A DNA stretch of 64,000 nt from Gammaproteobacteria bacterium. Lineage in GTDB: Bacteria; Pseudomonadota; Gammaproteobacteria; UBA4575. This document shows positions 32,559 to 45,109 of the stretch, piece by piece; position 1 is the first letter of the stretch, and the number at the start of each line of letters is the position of its first letter. Position numbers and translations under genes: made by a program. A model generated the notes under the pieces. That model had not been told where the DNA came from. It did not search any database and saw only the letters and a list, made by a program, of their open reading frames with translations. The stretch covers positions 991,291 through 1,055,290 of the forward strand of contig OZ242168.1 in NCBI GenBank assembly GCA_965205275.1, written 5' to 3'.

Positions 32559-33086
32559 TTATTTTTTCTTCGCTTCTTTACGAAGAATCCTTTCCCCTGC
32601 ATACTTGACGCCCTTTCCCTTGTAAGGTTCAGGTGGGCGGTAAGCACGTACTTCTGCGGCAACCTGCCCTACTTTCTGTTTGTCGATACCCTTGATTACC
32701 ACTTCAGTCTGGCTGGGCGTTTCAATTTTAATCCCTTCGGGTACCGGGTAATTAATAACATGGGAAAACCCCAGGGTTAAATTGAGTACCTTGCCTTTTG
32801 ACTGGGCCCTATAGCCTACTCCTACCAGTTCCAGCTTGCGCTCAAAACCCTTGCTTGCTCCCGTAACCAGATTATTAATCAGCGCACGCATGGTACCTGC
32901 CATGGCCATGTTGTCAGTCTTATCCAGCAATACATGTATCTGCTTATCTTTCTGCTCGACACGTATGTCACGATGAATGTCCATTGAGATTTCACCGACC
33001 GGCCCTTTTACAGCAAGATGCTGGCCATTCAGCTTCACATCCACGCCGGATGGTATTTCAACAGGTTGTTTTGCAATGCGCGACAT
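32559..33086 (-). CDS. rplF: 50S ribosomal protein L6
   Basis: RPPEPYKGKGV. Confidence 0.98.
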   Translation of the reverse strand: MSRIAKQPVEIPSGVDVKLNGQHLAVKGPVGEISMDIHRDIRVEQKDKQIHVLLDKTDNMAMAGTMRALINNLVTGASKGFERKLELVGVGYRAQSKGKVLNLTLGFSHVINYPVPEGIKIETPSQTEVVIKGIDKQKVGQVAAEVRAYRPPEPYKGKGVKYAGERILRKEAKKK

Positions 33087-33108
33087 ACTTTATTCAACTC
33101 GTTAACTT

Positions 33109-33504
33109 TTATTCAATTGTGCACAACACTTCGCCACCATGACCCGCAGCACGGGCAGCCCGGTCGGTCATGACGCCCTTTGAAGTGGATATCACGGCAA
33201 TACCCATACCGCCAATGACCTTTGGCAGATCATCTGCACCTTTATACTTGCGCAACCCAGGTCGGCTTGCCCGGCTGAGCCGGGTAATAACCGGCTTATT
33301 CATGTAGTACTTGAGCGTTATTGTGAGTTCCGTTTTGGAGTCCTCTTTATTCACGGCAAAATCTTCAATAAAACCTTCTTCCTTAAGCACGCCGGCGATC
33401 GCCACTTTCACATTGGAAGAAGGCATTGTAACGGTAACTTTCCTGCTGTTCTGGCCGTTGCGGATACGCGTCAGCATATCGGAAATGGGGTCACTCATAC
33501 TCAT
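33109..33504 (-). CDS. rpsH: 30S ribosomal protein S8
   Basis: [13 protein letters not shown]; STSKGVMTD. Confidence 0.98.
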   Translation of the reverse strand: MSMSDPISDMLTRIRNGQNSRKVTVTMPSSNVKVAIAGVLKEEGFIEDFAVNKEDSKTELTITLKYYMNKPVITRLSRASRPGLRKYKGADDLPKVIGGMGIAVISTSKGVMTDRAARAAGHGGEVLCTIE

Positions 33505-33543
33505 GGGTTTGTCTGATTCCTGCTCGTTAATTGTATCGATCGG

Positions 33544-33849
33544 CTACCAGCTGGCTTTCATCAAACCAGGTATATCGCCGCGCATCGCGGCTTCGCGTAA
33601 TTTGTTCCGCCCCAGGCCAAATTTACGATAGTAGCCTTTTGGTCTCCCTGTAATACTGCAACGATTACGTAATCGTACGGGGCTGGAATTCCTGGGCATT
33701 TTCTGTAATTGCAGCACGGCTTGCTCTCGTTCTTCGTAGCTGGTTGCCGGGTTTTTTATGGCAGCCCTGAGCCGGGTACGTTTGCCTGCGTAGCGACGCA
33801 CAATTTTATTGCGTTTTTTCTCCCGCTCTATCATTGATAATTTTGCCAT
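33544..33849 (-). CDS. rpsN: 30S ribosomal protein S14 (long, non-Zn form)
   Basis: [12 protein letters not shown]; [11 protein letters not shown]. Confidence 0.98.
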   Translation of the reverse strand: MAKLSMIEREKKRNKIVRRYAGKRTRLRAAIKNPATSYEEREQAVLQLQKMPRNSSPVRLRNRCSITGRPKGYYRKFGLGRNKLREAAMRGDIPGLMKASW

Positions 33850-33863
33850 ATGCTGCCTACTCT

Positions 33864-34403
33864 CTATTTCTTGAATGGAAAACTGAAAGCTTCCAGTAAA
33901 GCTTTAGCCTCTGTATCGGTTCTTGCAGATGTAGTGATCGCAATATCCATGCCGCGGATGGCATCAATCTTGTCATAGTCGATTTCCGGAAAAATGATCT
34001 GCTCGGTAATCCCCAGGCTGTAATTACCTCGCCCATCAAACGCTTTGGAACTCAGACCACGAAAATCCCGTATACGCGGAATGGCAATACTGATCAAACG
34101 ATCCAGAAACTCATACATGCGCGGTCCGCGCAGAGTCACTTTACAGCCAATGGGGAAATTCTCGCGGACACTGAACCCGGCAATAGACTTTCTGGCCTTG
34201 GTCACCACAACTTTCTGCCCGGAAATTTTTTCCATATCAGCAACCACTTCCTTAATGGTTTTTTTGTCACGCGCCGCCTCGCCAACACCTGTATTCAGCG
34301 TAATTTTTTCAATACGGGGCACCTGCATGATATTCCTGAAACCAAGCTTCTCCATCAACTGCTTGCGAACGGTGTTCAAATAGTAATCCTGGAGTCTTGA
34401 CAT
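33864..34403 (-). CDS. rplE: 50S ribosomal protein L5
   Basis: PRIRDFRG; FDGRGNY. Confidence 0.98.
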   Translation of the reverse strand: MSRLQDYYLNTVRKQLMEKLGFRNIMQVPRIEKITLNTGVGEAARDKKTIKEVVADMEKISGQKVVVTKARKSIAGFSVRENFPIGCKVTLRGPRMYEFLDRLISIAIPRIRDFRGLSSKAFDGRGNYSLGITEQIIFPEIDYDKIDAIRGMDIAITTSARTDTEAKALLEAFSFPFKK

Positions 34404-34411
34404 ATCAGTTC

Positions 34412-34729
34412 CTAAATATCGACCACTTCACCATTGGATTTGAAATAACGGACTTTTTTGTTGTCCTCCAGCGTTTTAAACCCGACCCGGTCTCCCTTGT
34501 CCGTAACAGGATTGAGCAGCATTATATTTGAGACATGAATTGGCATTTCACGCTCGTTAATACCCCCTGAAATCCCGGCATTTGGATTGGGCTTCTGGTG
34601 TTTTTTGACGGTGTTTATATTTTCCACCAGCACGCGCTCATCACTCACCACTTTCAATACCGTGCCGCGCCGGCCTTTATCCTTGCCAGCGGTTACAACC
34701 ACTTCATCACCTCTACGAATTCTTTGCAT
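34412..34729 (-). CDS. rplX: 50S ribosomal protein L24
   Basis: [13 protein letters not shown]. Confidence 0.97.
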   Translation of the reverse strand: MQRIRRGDEVVVTAGKDKGRRGTVLKVVSDERVLVENINTVKKHQKPNPNAGISGGINEREMPIHVSNIMLLNPVTDKGDRVGFKTLEDNKKVRYFKSNGEVVDI

Positions 34730-34787
34730 ATCTATCAAATCTTGTTAGCTGCCTGGCCTTCCCAGGTTGCCTGTAAAAAATTCCTGC

Positions 34788-35156
34788 TCACAACACTTCC
34801 GGTGCAAGGGATATAATCTTCATAAAACGTTCTGTACGCAGTTCTCGGGTTACCGGACCAAATATACGGGTACCTATAGGCTGCAGCTGATTATTCAATA
34901 ACACTGCCGCATTGTTATCGAACCGAATCAGGGACCCATCGGGACGCCGCACACCTTTAGCCGTTCGCACCACCACTGCGTTATACACTTCACCTTTTTT
35001 AACCTTGCCGCGCGGTATTGCATCCTTAACGCTCACCTTGATAATGTCACCAATCCCGGCATAACGTCGATGTGACCCGCCCAGTACCTTGATGCATTGC
35101 AACCTGCGTGCACCACTGTTGTCTGCCACTCCCAGCTTGGTTTGCATTTGAATCAT
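34788..35156 (-). CDS. rplN: 50S ribosomal protein L14
   Basis: VADNSGAR; GTRIFGPV. Confidence 0.98.
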   Translation of the reverse strand: MIQMQTKLGVADNSGARRLQCIKVLGGSHRRYAGIGDIIKVSVKDAIPRGKVKKGEVYNAVVVRTAKGVRRPDGSLIRFDNNAAVLLNNQLQPIGTRIFGPVTRELRTERFMKIISLAPEVL

Positions 35157-35180
35157 ATAGACCTCACCACACCCGTATTT

Positions 35181-35438
35181 CTACGCCCGCTTGATAACTT
35201 CCACTAACTGCCACGATTTCTTTTTTGAAACAGGGCGGCACTCCCGAATTGAGACTTGATCACCTATCGTGCATTCATTGTTTTCATCGTGCACATGCAA
35301 TCTCGTAGAGCGCCTGATGTATTTTTCATACAGCGGATGCTTGACCTGGCGCACCAGCAGCACTACCGCCGTCTTGTCCATCCTGTCGCTGACCACCCTA
35401 CCATGCAGGGTACGGATTTTTTTACTTTCCTCAGACAT
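35181..35438 (-). CDS. rpsQ: 30S ribosomal protein S17
   Basis: [11 protein letters not shown]; [11 protein letters not shown]. Confidence 0.97.
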   Translation of the reverse strand: MSEESKKIRTLHGRVVSDRMDKTAVVLLVRQVKHPLYEKYIRRSTRLHVHDENNECTIGDQVSIRECRPVSKKKSWQLVEVIKRA

Positions 35439-35646
35439 CTGAAACCTTTGATGCTTTCTCTGCTGACTTTTCATTCATAATCGTTTTTACCCGCGCAATA
35501 TTTTTCTTATTCACTTTAAACTGATGCACACGAGTCATCTGGCCTACACCCAGCTGCATGCGCAGGTTAAATTGCTCTTTACGCAAATCAAGCAGCTCTG
35601 TACTGAGTTCTTCACAGGTTTTACTGCGCAGCTCTTCTTTGTTCAT
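35431..35646 (-). CDS. rpmC: 50S ribosomal protein L29
   Basis: [11 protein letters not shown]; IARVKTI. Confidence 0.96.
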   Translation of the reverse strand: MNKEELRSKTCEELSTELLDLRKEQFNLRMQLGVGQMTRVHQFKVNKKNIARVKTIMNEKSAEKASKVSDV

Positions 35647-35653
35647 AACCAGA

Positions 35654-36067
35654 TCACATCACACTGCGTGAAACAAAAACGGTTCGTATGGGCAATTTGG
35701 CATCTGCCAGACGAAATGCCTCTCTGGCAATTTTCTCATCCACGCCTTCCATCTCGTAAAGCACTTTGCCTGGCTGCACCTTGGCCACCCAGTACTCGAC
35801 ATTGCCTTTACCCTTGCCCTGCCGTACTTCCAGAGGTTTTTTGGTAACCGGCACATCGGGGAACATCCGGATCCAGATTTTCCCGCCACGTTTTATATAA
35901 CGCGTCATGGCACGACGCGCAGCTTCGATCTGTCGAGCCGTAATGCGTCCCCGGGTAGCGGCTTTCAGGCCATATTCACCGAAACTGACCTTGTTGCCAT
36001 TCAATGCCAGTCCACGATTGCGGCCCTTATGCTGCTTACGAAACTTTGTACGTCTTGGTTGTAACAT
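35654..36067 (-). CDS. rplP: 50S ribosomal protein L16
   Basis: [16 protein letters not shown]. Confidence 0.98.
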   Translation of the reverse strand: MLQPRRTKFRKQHKGRNRGLALNGNKVSFGEYGLKAATRGRITARQIEAARRAMTRYIKRGGKIWIRMFPDVPVTKKPLEVRQGKGKGNVEYWVAKVQPGKVLYEMEGVDEKIAREAFRLADAKLPIRTVFVSRSVM

Positions 36068-36105
36068 CTTTGTTTAATCTGATCGTCTGGTTATTGACGC
36101 GGACC

Positions 36106-36780
36106 TCACTTCCCCAGGCCGTCCTCAGTCTCCTTGGCACCAAGACGAAATACATCACCTTTATAAATCCAGGTTTTAACACCAATAATTCCATACGTGG
36201 TTTTTGCTTCCGCAAAACCATAATCAATATTTGCACGCAACGTGTGCAAAGGTACCCGACCTTCCCGATACCATTCACTGCGTGCAATCTCTGCACCATT
36301 CAAACGACCCGCAACACTTACTTTTACACCCAATGCACCCAAACGCATTGCGTTGCCGACCGCACGCTTCATGGCGCGGCGAAACATAATACGCCGCTCA
36401 AGCTGCTGCGCAATGCTTTCTGCAACCAGCTGTGAATCAATTTCCGGTTTGCGTATCTCTTCAATATTTATTTTTACGTTATTTACACTCAGGCCGGTTC
36501 GTCGCGCAATTTCCTGACGCAGGGCCTCAATATCTTCTCCCTTTTTACCAATCACTATTCCAGGACGTGCTGTATGTATAGTGATAAATGCGGCACGTGC
36601 AGGCCGATTAATCTGGATCCTGCTTACCGAAGCCTGCATAAGTTTTTTCTTTAAATAAGCCCGAATTTCCAGATCGCTGCTCAGGAAATCGGCATAATCG
36701 CAACCATCGGCATACCACTTGGAAGTCCAGTCAGTGGAAATTCCCAAACGCATTCCTGTTGGATGTACTTTTTGCCCCAT
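36106..36780 (-). CDS. rpsC: 30S ribosomal protein S3
   Basis: MGQKVHP; [14 protein letters not shown]. Confidence 0.98.
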   Translation of the reverse strand: MGQKVHPTGMRLGISTDWTSKWYADGCDYADFLSSDLEIRAYLKKKLMQASVSRIQINRPARAAFITIHTARPGIVIGKKGEDIEALRQEIARRTGLSVNNVKINIEEIRKPEIDSQLVAESIAQQLERRIMFRRAMKRAVGNAMRLGALGVKVSVAGRLNGAEIARSEWYREGRVPLHTLRANIDYGFAEAKTTYGIIGVKTWIYKGDVFRLGAKETEDGLGK

Positions 36781-36878
36781 GATCTAGAAGTTAACTCCCG
36801 TTAAATTTTGATAAATGACCCTATACACATATTTCACAACCTGCCTGCACTCATGAATTCTTGCTGGTTCCACACCTG

Positions 36879-37211
36879 TCAGCTATCGCTGACCACTACA
36901 GTGATGTGGCTCGTACGTTTTAAAATATTTGCAGCACGGCCCTTGGCGCGCGCCCGAAAACGACGATGCGTTGGACCATCATCCACAAATATTGTTGAAA
37001 CTTTCAGTTCATCAATATCTGCACCTTCATTATGCTCTGCATTTGCAATGGCTGACTCCAGTACCTTCTTGACAATTACCGCCGCCTTCTTGGGGCTGAA
37101 GGTTAAAATCTCCAAGGCACGGTCCACAGCCTTGCCACGTATCTGATCCGCAACCAGTCTTGCCTTTTGCGGTGTGATACGAATAAACCTAAGTTTTGCC
37201 GAAACCTGCAT
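36879..37211 (-). CDS. rplV: 50S ribosomal protein L22
   Basis: SAIANAEHN; RARAKGRA. Confidence 0.98.
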   Translation of the reverse strand: MQVSAKLRFIRITPQKARLVADQIRGKAVDRALEILTFSPKKAAVIVKKVLESAIANAEHNEGADIDELKVSTIFVDDGPTHRRFRARAKGRAANILKRTSHITVVVSDS

Positions 37212-37213
37212 CA

Positions 37214-37486
37214 CTATTTTGCCTTTCGGTCTCCGGAATGACCCTTAAAAGTCCGGGTCATGGCAAATTCGCCAAGCTTGTGACCTACCATGTTCTCACT
37301 GATCAGTATAGGCACGTGCTGACGGCCGTTATGCACAGCGATTGTCGTACCTACCATCTCCGGTATGACAAAAGAGCGACGCGACCATGTCCTGATAGGT
37401 CTGCGGTCATTATTGGCTACGGCTTTCTCCACTTTTCTCATCAAATGATGATCAACAAACGGACCTTTACGCAGTGATCTTGGCAT
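37214..37486 (-). CDS. rpsS: 30S ribosomal protein S19
   Basis: [12 protein letters not shown]; GHKLGEF. Confidence 0.98.
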   Translation of the reverse strand: MPRSLRKGPFVDHHLMRKVEKAVANNDRRPIRTWSRRSFVIPEMVGTTIAVHNGRQHVPILISENMVGHKLGEFAMTRTFKGHSGDRKAK

Positions 37487-37521
37487 TTGGCAAACTCTTA
37501 TACTTTCAGAAAGTTGTCAGT

Positions 37522-38349
37522 CTATTTTTTATTTCTACGTCGTACAATCAGGCGGTCTGTACGATGATTTTTTCTGGTTTTAAAACCTTTGGTCGGCATT
37601 GCCCACGGCGATACCGGATGGCGTCCACCTGAAGTACGACCCTCACCACCGCCATGCGGATGATCTACCGGATTCATGGCTACACCCCGAACTGTTGGGC
37701 GAACACCACGCCAGCGTTTTGCACCCGCCTTGCCCAGCTTGCGCAAATTGTGCTCGCTGTTACCGACTTCCCCTATTGTAGCGCGACAGTCCAGAAAAAC
37801 CTTGCGCATTTCACCGGAACGTAACCGCAATGTGGCATAACTACCCTCGCGCGCCACAACCTGAATTGCAGCACCCGCGCTACGTCCTATCTGCGCCCCT
37901 TTGCCTGGTTTCATTTCAATGCAATGCACTACAGTTCCCACCGGAATGCTTCGAAGTGGCAGAGTATTTCCGACTTTGATCGGCACCTGTCTACCTGAAA
38001 TAACCTGGCTATGTGACGCTAAATTCCTGGGGGCAATGATGTAACGCCGCTCTCCATCGGTATACTTGAGCAGCGCGATATTGGCGCTGCGATTCGGGTC
38101 ATATTCAATCCTTTCCACCTGTGCAGAAATATCATCTTTATCGCGTTTGAAATCGATGATTCGATAACGCTGCTTGTGTCCGCCGCCCCGATGCCGTGTA
38201 GTAATACGGCCTGCATTGTTACGTCCACCCGTCTTGTCCTTATCGCACAACAAGGATTTACAGGGTCCACCCTTATACAGATCGGGTGTTGTAACCTGTA
38301 CAACAAAACGTCGTCCGGCTGATGTGGGTTTTGCTTTGACTACTGCCAT
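37522..38349 (-). CDS. rplB: 50S ribosomal protein L2
   Basis: [13 protein letters not shown]. Confidence 0.98.
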   Translation of the reverse strand: MAVVKAKPTSAGRRFVVQVTTPDLYKGGPCKSLLCDKDKTGGRNNAGRITTRHRGGGHKQRYRIIDFKRDKDDISAQVERIEYDPNRSANIALLKYTDGERRYIIAPRNLASHSQVISGRQVPIKVGNTLPLRSIPVGTVVHCIEMKPGKGAQIGRSAGAAIQVVAREGSYATLRLRSGEMRKVFLDCRATIGEVGNSEHNLRKLGKAGAKRWRGVRPTVRGVAMNPVDHPHGGGEGRTSGGRHPVSPWAMPTKGFKTRKNHRTDRLIVRRRNKK

Positions 38350-38364
38350 AATAAATCTTTGCTG

Positions 38365-38661
38365 CTAGTTAAACCCGCCAAAGTCAATATCATTACCTGA
38401 TTCCAGGGTCACGATCGCCTTTTTCCAGTCTGAACGCTTGCCAGGCCGTCTGCCAAAATTCTTACGTTTACCCTTCATGTTAATGGTGTTCACCTCAGCT
38501 ACCTTTACTTCAAACAGTTTCTCCACAGCCTGCTTGATTTCATTTTTTTTAGCACTGCGTAGCACACGGAATACATGCTGGTTGTTTTTATCAGCGCTTA
38601 ACGCTGACTTCTCTGAGACATGAGGAGACAGCAGTACCGCCATAATACGTTCCTCATTCAT
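38365..38661 (-). CDS. rplW: 50S ribosomal protein L23
   Basis: PHVSEKS; WKKAIVTL. Confidence 0.97.
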   Translation of the reverse strand: MNEERIMAVLLSPHVSEKSALSADKNNQHVFRVLRSAKKNEIKQAVEKLFEVKVAEVNTINMKGKRKNFGRRPGKRSDWKKAIVTLESGNDIDFGGFN

Positions 38662-39263
38662 TGCAACCACTCTTCAATTGCCTGTAACGCGCCCCTGGTT
38701 ACCACGACATGCTGATATTTAAACAGGCTGACAGGGTCCAGTCCTCCAACCCCGGTCACCTCAACATACGGAAGATTACGTACCGAGAGATATAAATTTT
38801 TATCGGCCTCTTCAGTAATGATCAACGCAGAGGTAAGCGTAAGTTTTTCCAGCTTGGCCAGAGCCTGTTTGGTCTTGGGCGCTGTTACCGTAAAGTCTTC
38901 AACAACATGCAGGCATTTTTGACGTACCAGTTCTGAAAACATACTGGCATAGGCTGCACGTACCATTTTTCTGTTCAGTTTTTGTTTGTAGTTGCGTGGT
39001 CTTGCTGCAAAAGTCACTCCGCCAGAACGCCATAGAGGACTGCTTGCCGTTCCTGCACGTGCACGACCTGTCCCTTTTTGTTGCCACGGTTTGGCGCCAC
39101 CACCCCTTACGTCACTACGACTTTTATTCGATTTGGTTCCGCTGCGGGCACCGGCGATATACGCCACCACAGCCTGGTGCACCAGGGGTTCATTAAAACT
39201 GCGTGCAAAGATATCGTCCGATACCGTTACTGTAGATTTTGTGTTAGAGATCGTGAGTTCCAT
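38658..39263 (-). CDS. rplD: 50S ribosomal protein L4
   Basis: [14 protein letters not shown]. Confidence 0.98.
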   Translation of the reverse strand: MELTISNTKSTVTVSDDIFARSFNEPLVHQAVVAYIAGARSGTKSNKSRSDVRGGGAKPWQQKGTGRARAGTASSPLWRSGGVTFAARPRNYKQKLNRKMVRAAYASMFSELVRQKCLHVVEDFTVTAPKTKQALAKLEKLTLTSALIITEEADKNLYLSVRNLPYVEVTGVGGLDPVSLFKYQHVVVTRGALQAIEEWLQ

Positions 39264-39266
39264 ACT

Positions 39267-39980
39267 TCATTCACTATCAGGGCTTTGTTGCATCGGTTCT
39301 GCCGTATTTTCTGCAGGTTCATCCTGTGCAGGTATATTGACTTCTTCGGCATGAACAGGCCGTATCATCACATCTCCACCCGGGGCTCCAGGTACGGAAC
39401 CTTTTATCAATAGCAGGGCTTTGTCCACATCAATCTGTATAACTTTTAAATTTTTGGTCGTAACACGCACCCCGCCCATTTGACCGGCCATTTTCTTGCC
39501 TTTGAAAACATGGCCGGGATCCTGGCACTGCCCGGTTGAGCCCAGCGCACGATGCGATATGGAATTTCCATGTGACGCATCCTGCATGCGAAAGTTGTGG
39601 CGCTTGACAGCCCCCGCAAAACCCTTGCCCTTCGTCACGCCAGATACTAAAACTTTTTGTCCTACAGAAAATAACCCTACATCCAGCTCTGACCCAACCT
39701 TCAAGGCCTCCAGCTGTTTTTTATCCGACCGAAATTCCCGCAGTCCCCTTCCAGCCCGAACCTCTACTTTTGCAAAGTGGCCAGACGCAGGCTTGTTGAT
39801 ACGTGACGATTTCCTGTCACCGTACGTCACCTGTACTGCATCATAGCCATCAACCCCGTGCTGACGTACCTGGGTGACGCGGTTGCCGGGCACGTGTAAA
39901 ACAGTAACGGGTACAGACTCACCTGCTTCCGTAAAAACACGTGTCATTCCAACTTTTTTCCCAACCAGTCCTAGAGACAT
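39267..39980 (-). CDS. rplC: 50S ribosomal protein L3
   Basis: [10 protein letters not shown]; KGKGFAG; acidic C-terminal extension. Confidence 0.98.
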   Translation of the reverse strand: MSLGLVGKKVGMTRVFTEAGESVPVTVLHVPGNRVTQVRQHGVDGYDAVQVTYGDRKSSRINKPASGHFAKVEVRAGRGLREFRSDKKQLEALKVGSELDVGLFSVGQKVLVSGVTKGKGFAGAVKRHNFRMQDASHGNSISHRALGSTGQCQDPGHVFKGKKMAGQMGGVRVTTKNLKVIQIDVDKALLLIKGSVPGAPGGDVMIRPVHAEEVNIPAQDEPAENTAEPMQQSPDSE

Positions 39981-40033
39981 ATTTACCTTGTAGCACAACT
40001 CAAAGTTAGCAAGAATTTTACCTGTCCGGATAA

Positions 40034-40074
40034 CTGCGACCCGGCATGGGGTCCCCCCACATGCCGGGTCGCAG
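40034..40074. repeat. Perfect 15-bp-stem hairpin in the rpsJ-rplC spacer
   Basis: CTGCGACCCGGCATG-11 nt-CATGCCGGGTCGCAG. Confidence 0.85.
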
Positions 40075-40206
40075 AAAATTCATCATTATCCCAAATATCA
40101 GAGTCTCAGGAAACCATTTTCTTTATCCCACCACAAAAAAGACTTTCACATTTACGGCCAATGTCTGATCCAGGCAGCAAAATCCCCGTAGATCCAGGCC
40201 TGTTTG

Positions 40207-40521
40207 TCAACTCAGTTTGATCTGGACATCCACGCCCGCTGCCAGATCCAGCTTCATCAGGGCATCCACAGTTTTATCGGTAGGCTCGACAATATCCATA
40301 ATCCGCTTGTGTGTACGAATCTCGTACTGATCACGGGCATTCTTGTCCACATGCGGTGAGATCAGTATAGTAAAACGCTCCTTTCTGGTCGGTAATGGAA
40401 TCGGTCCTTTCACTCTGGCACCGGTCCGTTTGGCCGTTTCCACAATTTCACTTGCAGAGCGATCAATCAAGCGATGATCGAAAGCCTTCAAGCGAATCCG
40501 TATTGTCTGTCCTGCCGCCAT
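40207..40521 (-). CDS. rpsJ: 30S ribosomal protein S10
   Basis: [14 protein letters not shown]; GPIPLPT. Confidence 0.98.
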   Translation of the reverse strand: MAAGQTIRIRLKAFDHRLIDRSASEIVETAKRTGARVKGPIPLPTRKERFTILISPHVDKNARDQYEIRTHKRIMDIVEPTDKTVDALMKLDLAAGVDVQIKLS

Positions 40522-40548
40522 CGTATTTACCGTTTAACCTGTTATCTA

Positions 40549-41739
40549 TTACTCAATGATCTTTGAAACTTTCCCGGCCCCTACAGTACGCCCGCCTTCG
40601 CGGATTGCAAAACGCAGTCCCTTTTCCATTGCAATCGGGGCAATCAGGGATACCACCATATGTATGTTATCGCCCGGCATCACCATCTCGGTACCACTGG
40701 GAAGATCGACTGCACCGGTGACATCGGTGGTACGGAAGTAGAACTGGGGACGATAACCATTAAAAAACGGGGTATGCCGGCCGCCCTCTTCCTTGCTGAG
40801 GATATAGACTTCAGCTTCAAATTTCGTATGCGGGGTAATACTGCCGGGTTTGCACAATACCTGACCACGCTCAACTTCATCTCGTTTGGTGCCGCGTAAC
40901 AGTACACCAACATTGTCACCTGCCTGACCCTGGTCAAGCAGTTTACGAAACATCTCCACACCTGTGCAGGTGGTGGTGGCAGTTTCATGAAGGCCAACAA
41001 TCTCCATCTCATCACCCACCTTGACAATGCCGCGCTCGACCCGGCCGGTAACGACGGTCCCTCGCCCGGAGATCGAGAAAACATCCTCAACAGGCATGAT
41101 GAAGTCACCGTCAATGGCACGTTCGGGTTCGGGAACAAAGACATCCATACTTTCGACAAGCTTGATGATTGATGCCGTACCGATCTCCGATGTATCCCCT
41201 TCCAGAGCCTTCAGGGCAGAACCTGTAATGATCGGAATATCATCACCCGGAAATTCATAAATGGAAAGGAGGTCTCTTACTTCCATTTCGACCAGTTCAA
41301 GCAGCTCGGGATCATCCACCTGATCGGCTTTGTTCATGTATACCAGAATATGGGGAACACCAACCTGTCTGGCCAGCAAGATATGCTCGCGGGTCTGTGG
41401 CATGGGACCATCTGCCGCACTGACAACAAGAATTGCACCGTCCATCTGGGCCGCACCCGTGATCATGTTTTTTACATAGTCAGCATGGCCAGGACAGTCA
41501 ACATGAGCATAATGGCGATTGGGACTCTCATATTCAACGTGGGCAGTGGCAATCGTAATGCCGCGCTCACGCTCCTCCGGGGCATTGTCAATCTGGTCAT
41601 AGGTTCTGTATTCACCCCCTTGGGACTCACCCATGACTTTGGTCAATGCCGCTGTCAAAGTAGTCTTGCCGTGGTCTACATGACCGATCGTTCCTACGTT
41701 CACATGCGGTTTGGTACGCTCAAATTTCTCTTTGGACAT
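40549..41739 (-). CDS. tuf: Elongation factor Tu
   Basis: [11 protein letters not shown]; [12 protein letters not shown]. Confidence 0.99.
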   Translation of the reverse strand: MSKEKFERTKPHVNVGTIGHVDHGKTTLTAALTKVMGESQGGEYRTYDQIDNAPEERERGITIATAHVEYESPNRHYAHVDCPGHADYVKNMITGAAQMDGAILVVSAADGPMPQTREHILLARQVGVPHILVYMNKADQVDDPELLELVEMEVRDLLSIYEFPGDDIPIITGSALKALEGDTSEIGTASIIKLVESMDVFVPEPERAIDGDFIMPVEDVFSISGRGTVVTGRVERGIVKVGDEMEIVGLHETATTTCTGVEMFRKLLDQGQAGDNVGVLLRGTKRDEVERGQVLCKPGSITPHTKFEAEVYILSKEEGGRHTPFFNGYRPQFYFRTTDVTGAVDLPSGTEMVMPGDNIHMVVSLIAPIAMEKGLRFAIREGGRTVGAGKVSKIIE

Positions 41740-41782
41740 TTTTCTCTACCTCGTAAAAATATCGTAATAACAATGTCGTGGC

Positions 41783-43882
41783 TCAGCTATTCTTTTTAAT
41801 TATTGCGTCTGCAAGACTACCTGGAACTTCTTTATATTTATGAAATTCCATTGAATAGGTTGCGCGACCCTGTGTAGCTGAACGTAAATCAGTAGCATAC
41901 CCAAACATTTCAGCCAAAGGGACTTCGGAAGAAATCACTTTCCCCAAAGGGCTGTCGGCCATTCCGCCTACCATACCGCGGCGGCGGCTTAGATCGCCTA
42001 CAACATCCCCCATATGCTCTTCAGGGGTCACTACCTCAACTTTCATCACAGGCTCAAGCAATACCGGCTCAGCCTGTCTGGCTCCATCACGAAAAGCCAT
42101 GGAACCTGCAATTTTAAATGCCATCTCAGAAGAATCCACATCATGATAGGAGCCGTCATATAAAGTAACCTTCACGTCCACAACAGGGTAGCCTGCAATC
42201 ACTCCATTGTATATTGCTTCCTTGACCCCTTTTTCAACAGCGGGAATATATTCTCTCGGTACCACTCCACCTACAATCTTATTTGCAAATTCAAAACCAT
42301 CGCCCGGTTTTTGCGGTTCGATCTTCAGATATACATGCCCATATTGTCCACGCCCACCTGATTGACGCACAAATTTGCCTTCCTGTTCAACATTTTTGCG
42401 AATTGTCTCACGATAGGAAACCTGTGGCGCACCGACATTGGCTTCCACACTGAATTCCCGCTTCATGCGGTCAACGATAATATCAAGGTGTAATTCACCC
42501 ATACCGGAAATGATAGTCTGACTAGACTCCTCGTCGGTATGCACCCGGAACGAAGGGTCTTCCTGAGCCAGCTTTTGCAGGGCAATACCCATCTTTTCCT
42601 GATCGGTTTTCGTTTTTGGCTCCACAGCAACGGAAATCACGGGCTCTGGAAATTCCATGCGCTCCAGCGTGATCACATCACTCAAATCACACAACGTCTC
42701 CCCTGTAGTCACATCTTTTAAGCCGACTGCGGCCGCAATGTCACCCGCACGAACCTCTTTGATTTCTTCACGGGAATTGGAATGCATCTGCAAAATCCGG
42801 CCGACACGTTCTTTTCTGCTTTTGACCGGATTATATATTGTGTCGCCCGAATGCAGCACGCCGGAATACACACGGAAAAAAGTAAGTGTACCCACATAGG
42901 GGTCAGTGGCGATTTTAAATGCCAACGATGCAAACGGCTCATCATCCGAAGGATTGCGCTCACCTGTAGAACTATCCTTATCCTCCAGGATACCCTGGAT
43001 TGCAGGCACATCGGTGGGTGAAGGCATAAACTCAATGATGGCATCGAGCATGGCCTGCACACCTTTATTCTTGAAGGCCGTACCACAAAGAGTAGGTACG
43101 ATTTCATTGGACAAGGTTCGAATACGCAATCCCTTGCGAATATCATCTTCCGATAATGCTTCCCCTTCCAGGTACTTATGCATAATTTCTTCTGAAGCCT
43201 CAGCGGCAGCCTCAACCATCTGATCCCGCCATTGCTGACACTCATCTTGCATTTCCTGAGGGATATCACGCTTTTCAAAAGTAGTTCCCAGGTCTTCCTC
43301 ATTCCAGTAGATTGCCTTCATACTGATCAGGTCAACCACACCCTTGAAGTTCTCTTCTGCACCAATCGCAAGCTGTATGGGCACCGCATGCGAACCCAGC
43401 CGCTCCCTGATCTGCTTCACTACACGCAGAAAGTCTGCGCCGGTACGATCCATCTTGTTAACAAATGCCATGCGTGGAACCTGATACTTATTCGCCTGCC
43501 GCCATACGGTTTCTGACTGGGGCTCCACGCCCCCCACAGCACAAAACACGGCACAGGCCCCATCCAGAACACGCAATGAACGCTCAACTTCTATAGTAAA
43601 ATCAACGTGACCGGGGGTGTCGATGATATTGATACGATGCTCATCATACTGCGTGCCCATACCGCTCCAGAAACAGGTAGTCGCCGCTGAAGTAATGGTA
43701 ATACCGCGTTCCTGCTCCTGTTCCATCCAGTCCATCACTGCGGCACCATCATGAACCTCACCAATCTTGTGGGATATGCCGGTATAAAACAGTATGCGTT
43801 CTGTAGTCGTGGTCTTCCCGGCATCAATATGCGCCATGATTCCGATATTACGATAATGCGAGATGGGAGTTTTACGTGCCAC
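41783..43882 (-). CDS. fusA: Elongation factor G
   Basis: [16 protein letters not shown]; GTG start. Confidence 0.99.
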   Translation of the reverse strand: MARKTPISHYRNIGIMAHIDAGKTTTTERILFYTGISHKIGEVHDGAAVMDWMEQEQERGITITSAATTCFWSGMGTQYDEHRINIIDTPGHVDFTIEVERSLRVLDGACAVFCAVGGVEPQSETVWRQANKYQVPRMAFVNKMDRTGADFLRVVKQIRERLGSHAVPIQLAIGAEENFKGVVDLISMKAIYWNEEDLGTTFEKRDIPQEMQDECQQWRDQMVEAAAEASEEIMHKYLEGEALSEDDIRKGLRIRTLSNEIVPTLCGTAFKNKGVQAMLDAIIEFMPSPTDVPAIQGILEDKDSSTGERNPSDDEPFASLAFKIATDPYVGTLTFFRVYSGVLHSGDTIYNPVKSRKERVGRILQMHSNSREEIKEVRAGDIAAAVGLKDVTTGETLCDLSDVITLERMEFPEPVISVAVEPKTKTDQEKMGIALQKLAQEDPSFRVHTDEESSQTIISGMGELHLDIIVDRMKREFSVEANVGAPQVSYRETIRKNVEQEGKFVRQSGGRGQYGHVYLKIEPQKPGDGFEFANKIVGGVVPREYIPAVEKGVKEAIYNGVIAGYPVVDVKVTLYDGSYHDVDSSEMAFKIAGSMAFRDGARQAEPVLLEPVMKVEVVTPEEHMGDVVGDLSRRRGMVGGMADSPLGKVISSEVPLAEMFGYATDLRSATQGRATYSMEFHKYKEVPGSLADAIIKKNS

Positions 43883-43905
43883 AATTAAGAATCCTGAACC
43901 AGGCA

Positions 43906-44388
<483 letters not shown>

Positions 44389-44404
44389 TTAATAAATGCA
44401 GCAC

Positions 44405-44779
44405 TTATGACTTGGGTTTTTTTGCGCCGTATTTCGAGCGCGCTTGCATGCGATCCTGAACACCCTGGGTATCCAGGCTGCCCCGAACAGTATGGTAACG
44501 CACACCCGGCAGGTCTTTTACACGACCACCACGTATGAGCACTACCGAGTGTTCCTGCAGGTTGTGTCCTTCACCGCCGATATAACTTGTGACTTCGAAA
44601 CCATTGGTTAACCGTACGCGGGCAACCTTACGCAACGCCGAATTCGGCTTTTTAGGCGTAGTCGTATACACACGTGTACATACCCCACGTTTTTGTGGGC
44701 AGCAGGCCAAAGCGGGAACATTGCTTTTTTCCACTTTACGCTTGCGTGGTTTTCGTACCAATTGGTTGATTGTGGCCAT
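44405..44779 (-). CDS. rpsL: 30S ribosomal protein S12
   Basis: [10 protein letters not shown]; [11 protein letters not shown]. Confidence 0.98.
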   Translation of the reverse strand: MATINQLVRKPRKRKVEKSNVPALACCPQKRGVCTRVYTTTPKKPNSALRKVARVRLTNGFEVTSYIGGEGHNLQEHSVVLIRGGRVKDLPGVRYHTVRGSLDTQGVQDRMQARSKYGAKKPKS

Positions 44780-44794
44780 AAATTTTCTATCCCT

Positions 44795-44828
44795 AAAATA
44801 AACAACAGGCCGATGAAACATCGGCCTG
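44795..44828 (-). promoter_or_regulatory. rpsL 5' leader hairpin followed by a U-rich tract
   Basis: CAGGCCGATG-ttt-CATCGGCCTG then TTGTTTATTTT, between promoter and start codon. Confidence 0.55.
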
Positions 44829-44841
44829 CACTAGCCGCGGA

Positions 44842-44870
44842 ATTGTAGGAACCCTCAGCCGCGCTGTCAA
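44842..44870 (-). promoter_or_regulatory. str operon sigma70 promoter
   Basis: TTGACA-17 bp-TACAAT followed by GC-rich discriminator TCCGCGGC. Confidence 0.85.
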
Positions 44871-45109
44871 GCAAACAACCCTTTTTAGTTGTGCCTGATT
44901 TGTTAATCCCCCAAGCACCTATCAATCACAATCTGTGCTGGATATTCCCAGTGTCTGTCTGTAATCGCCTCTACTACCCTCAAAGTCGAACCGCACTTGC
45001 CACAATTTTACCCCCTGTAACCTGCCCGGAACTTGCCTCATTCATTGCAAGAAATACGGGCTTCATAGCTACCCCCTTGGGATAAAGCGCACAAAAATCT
45101 GCAACGGCC

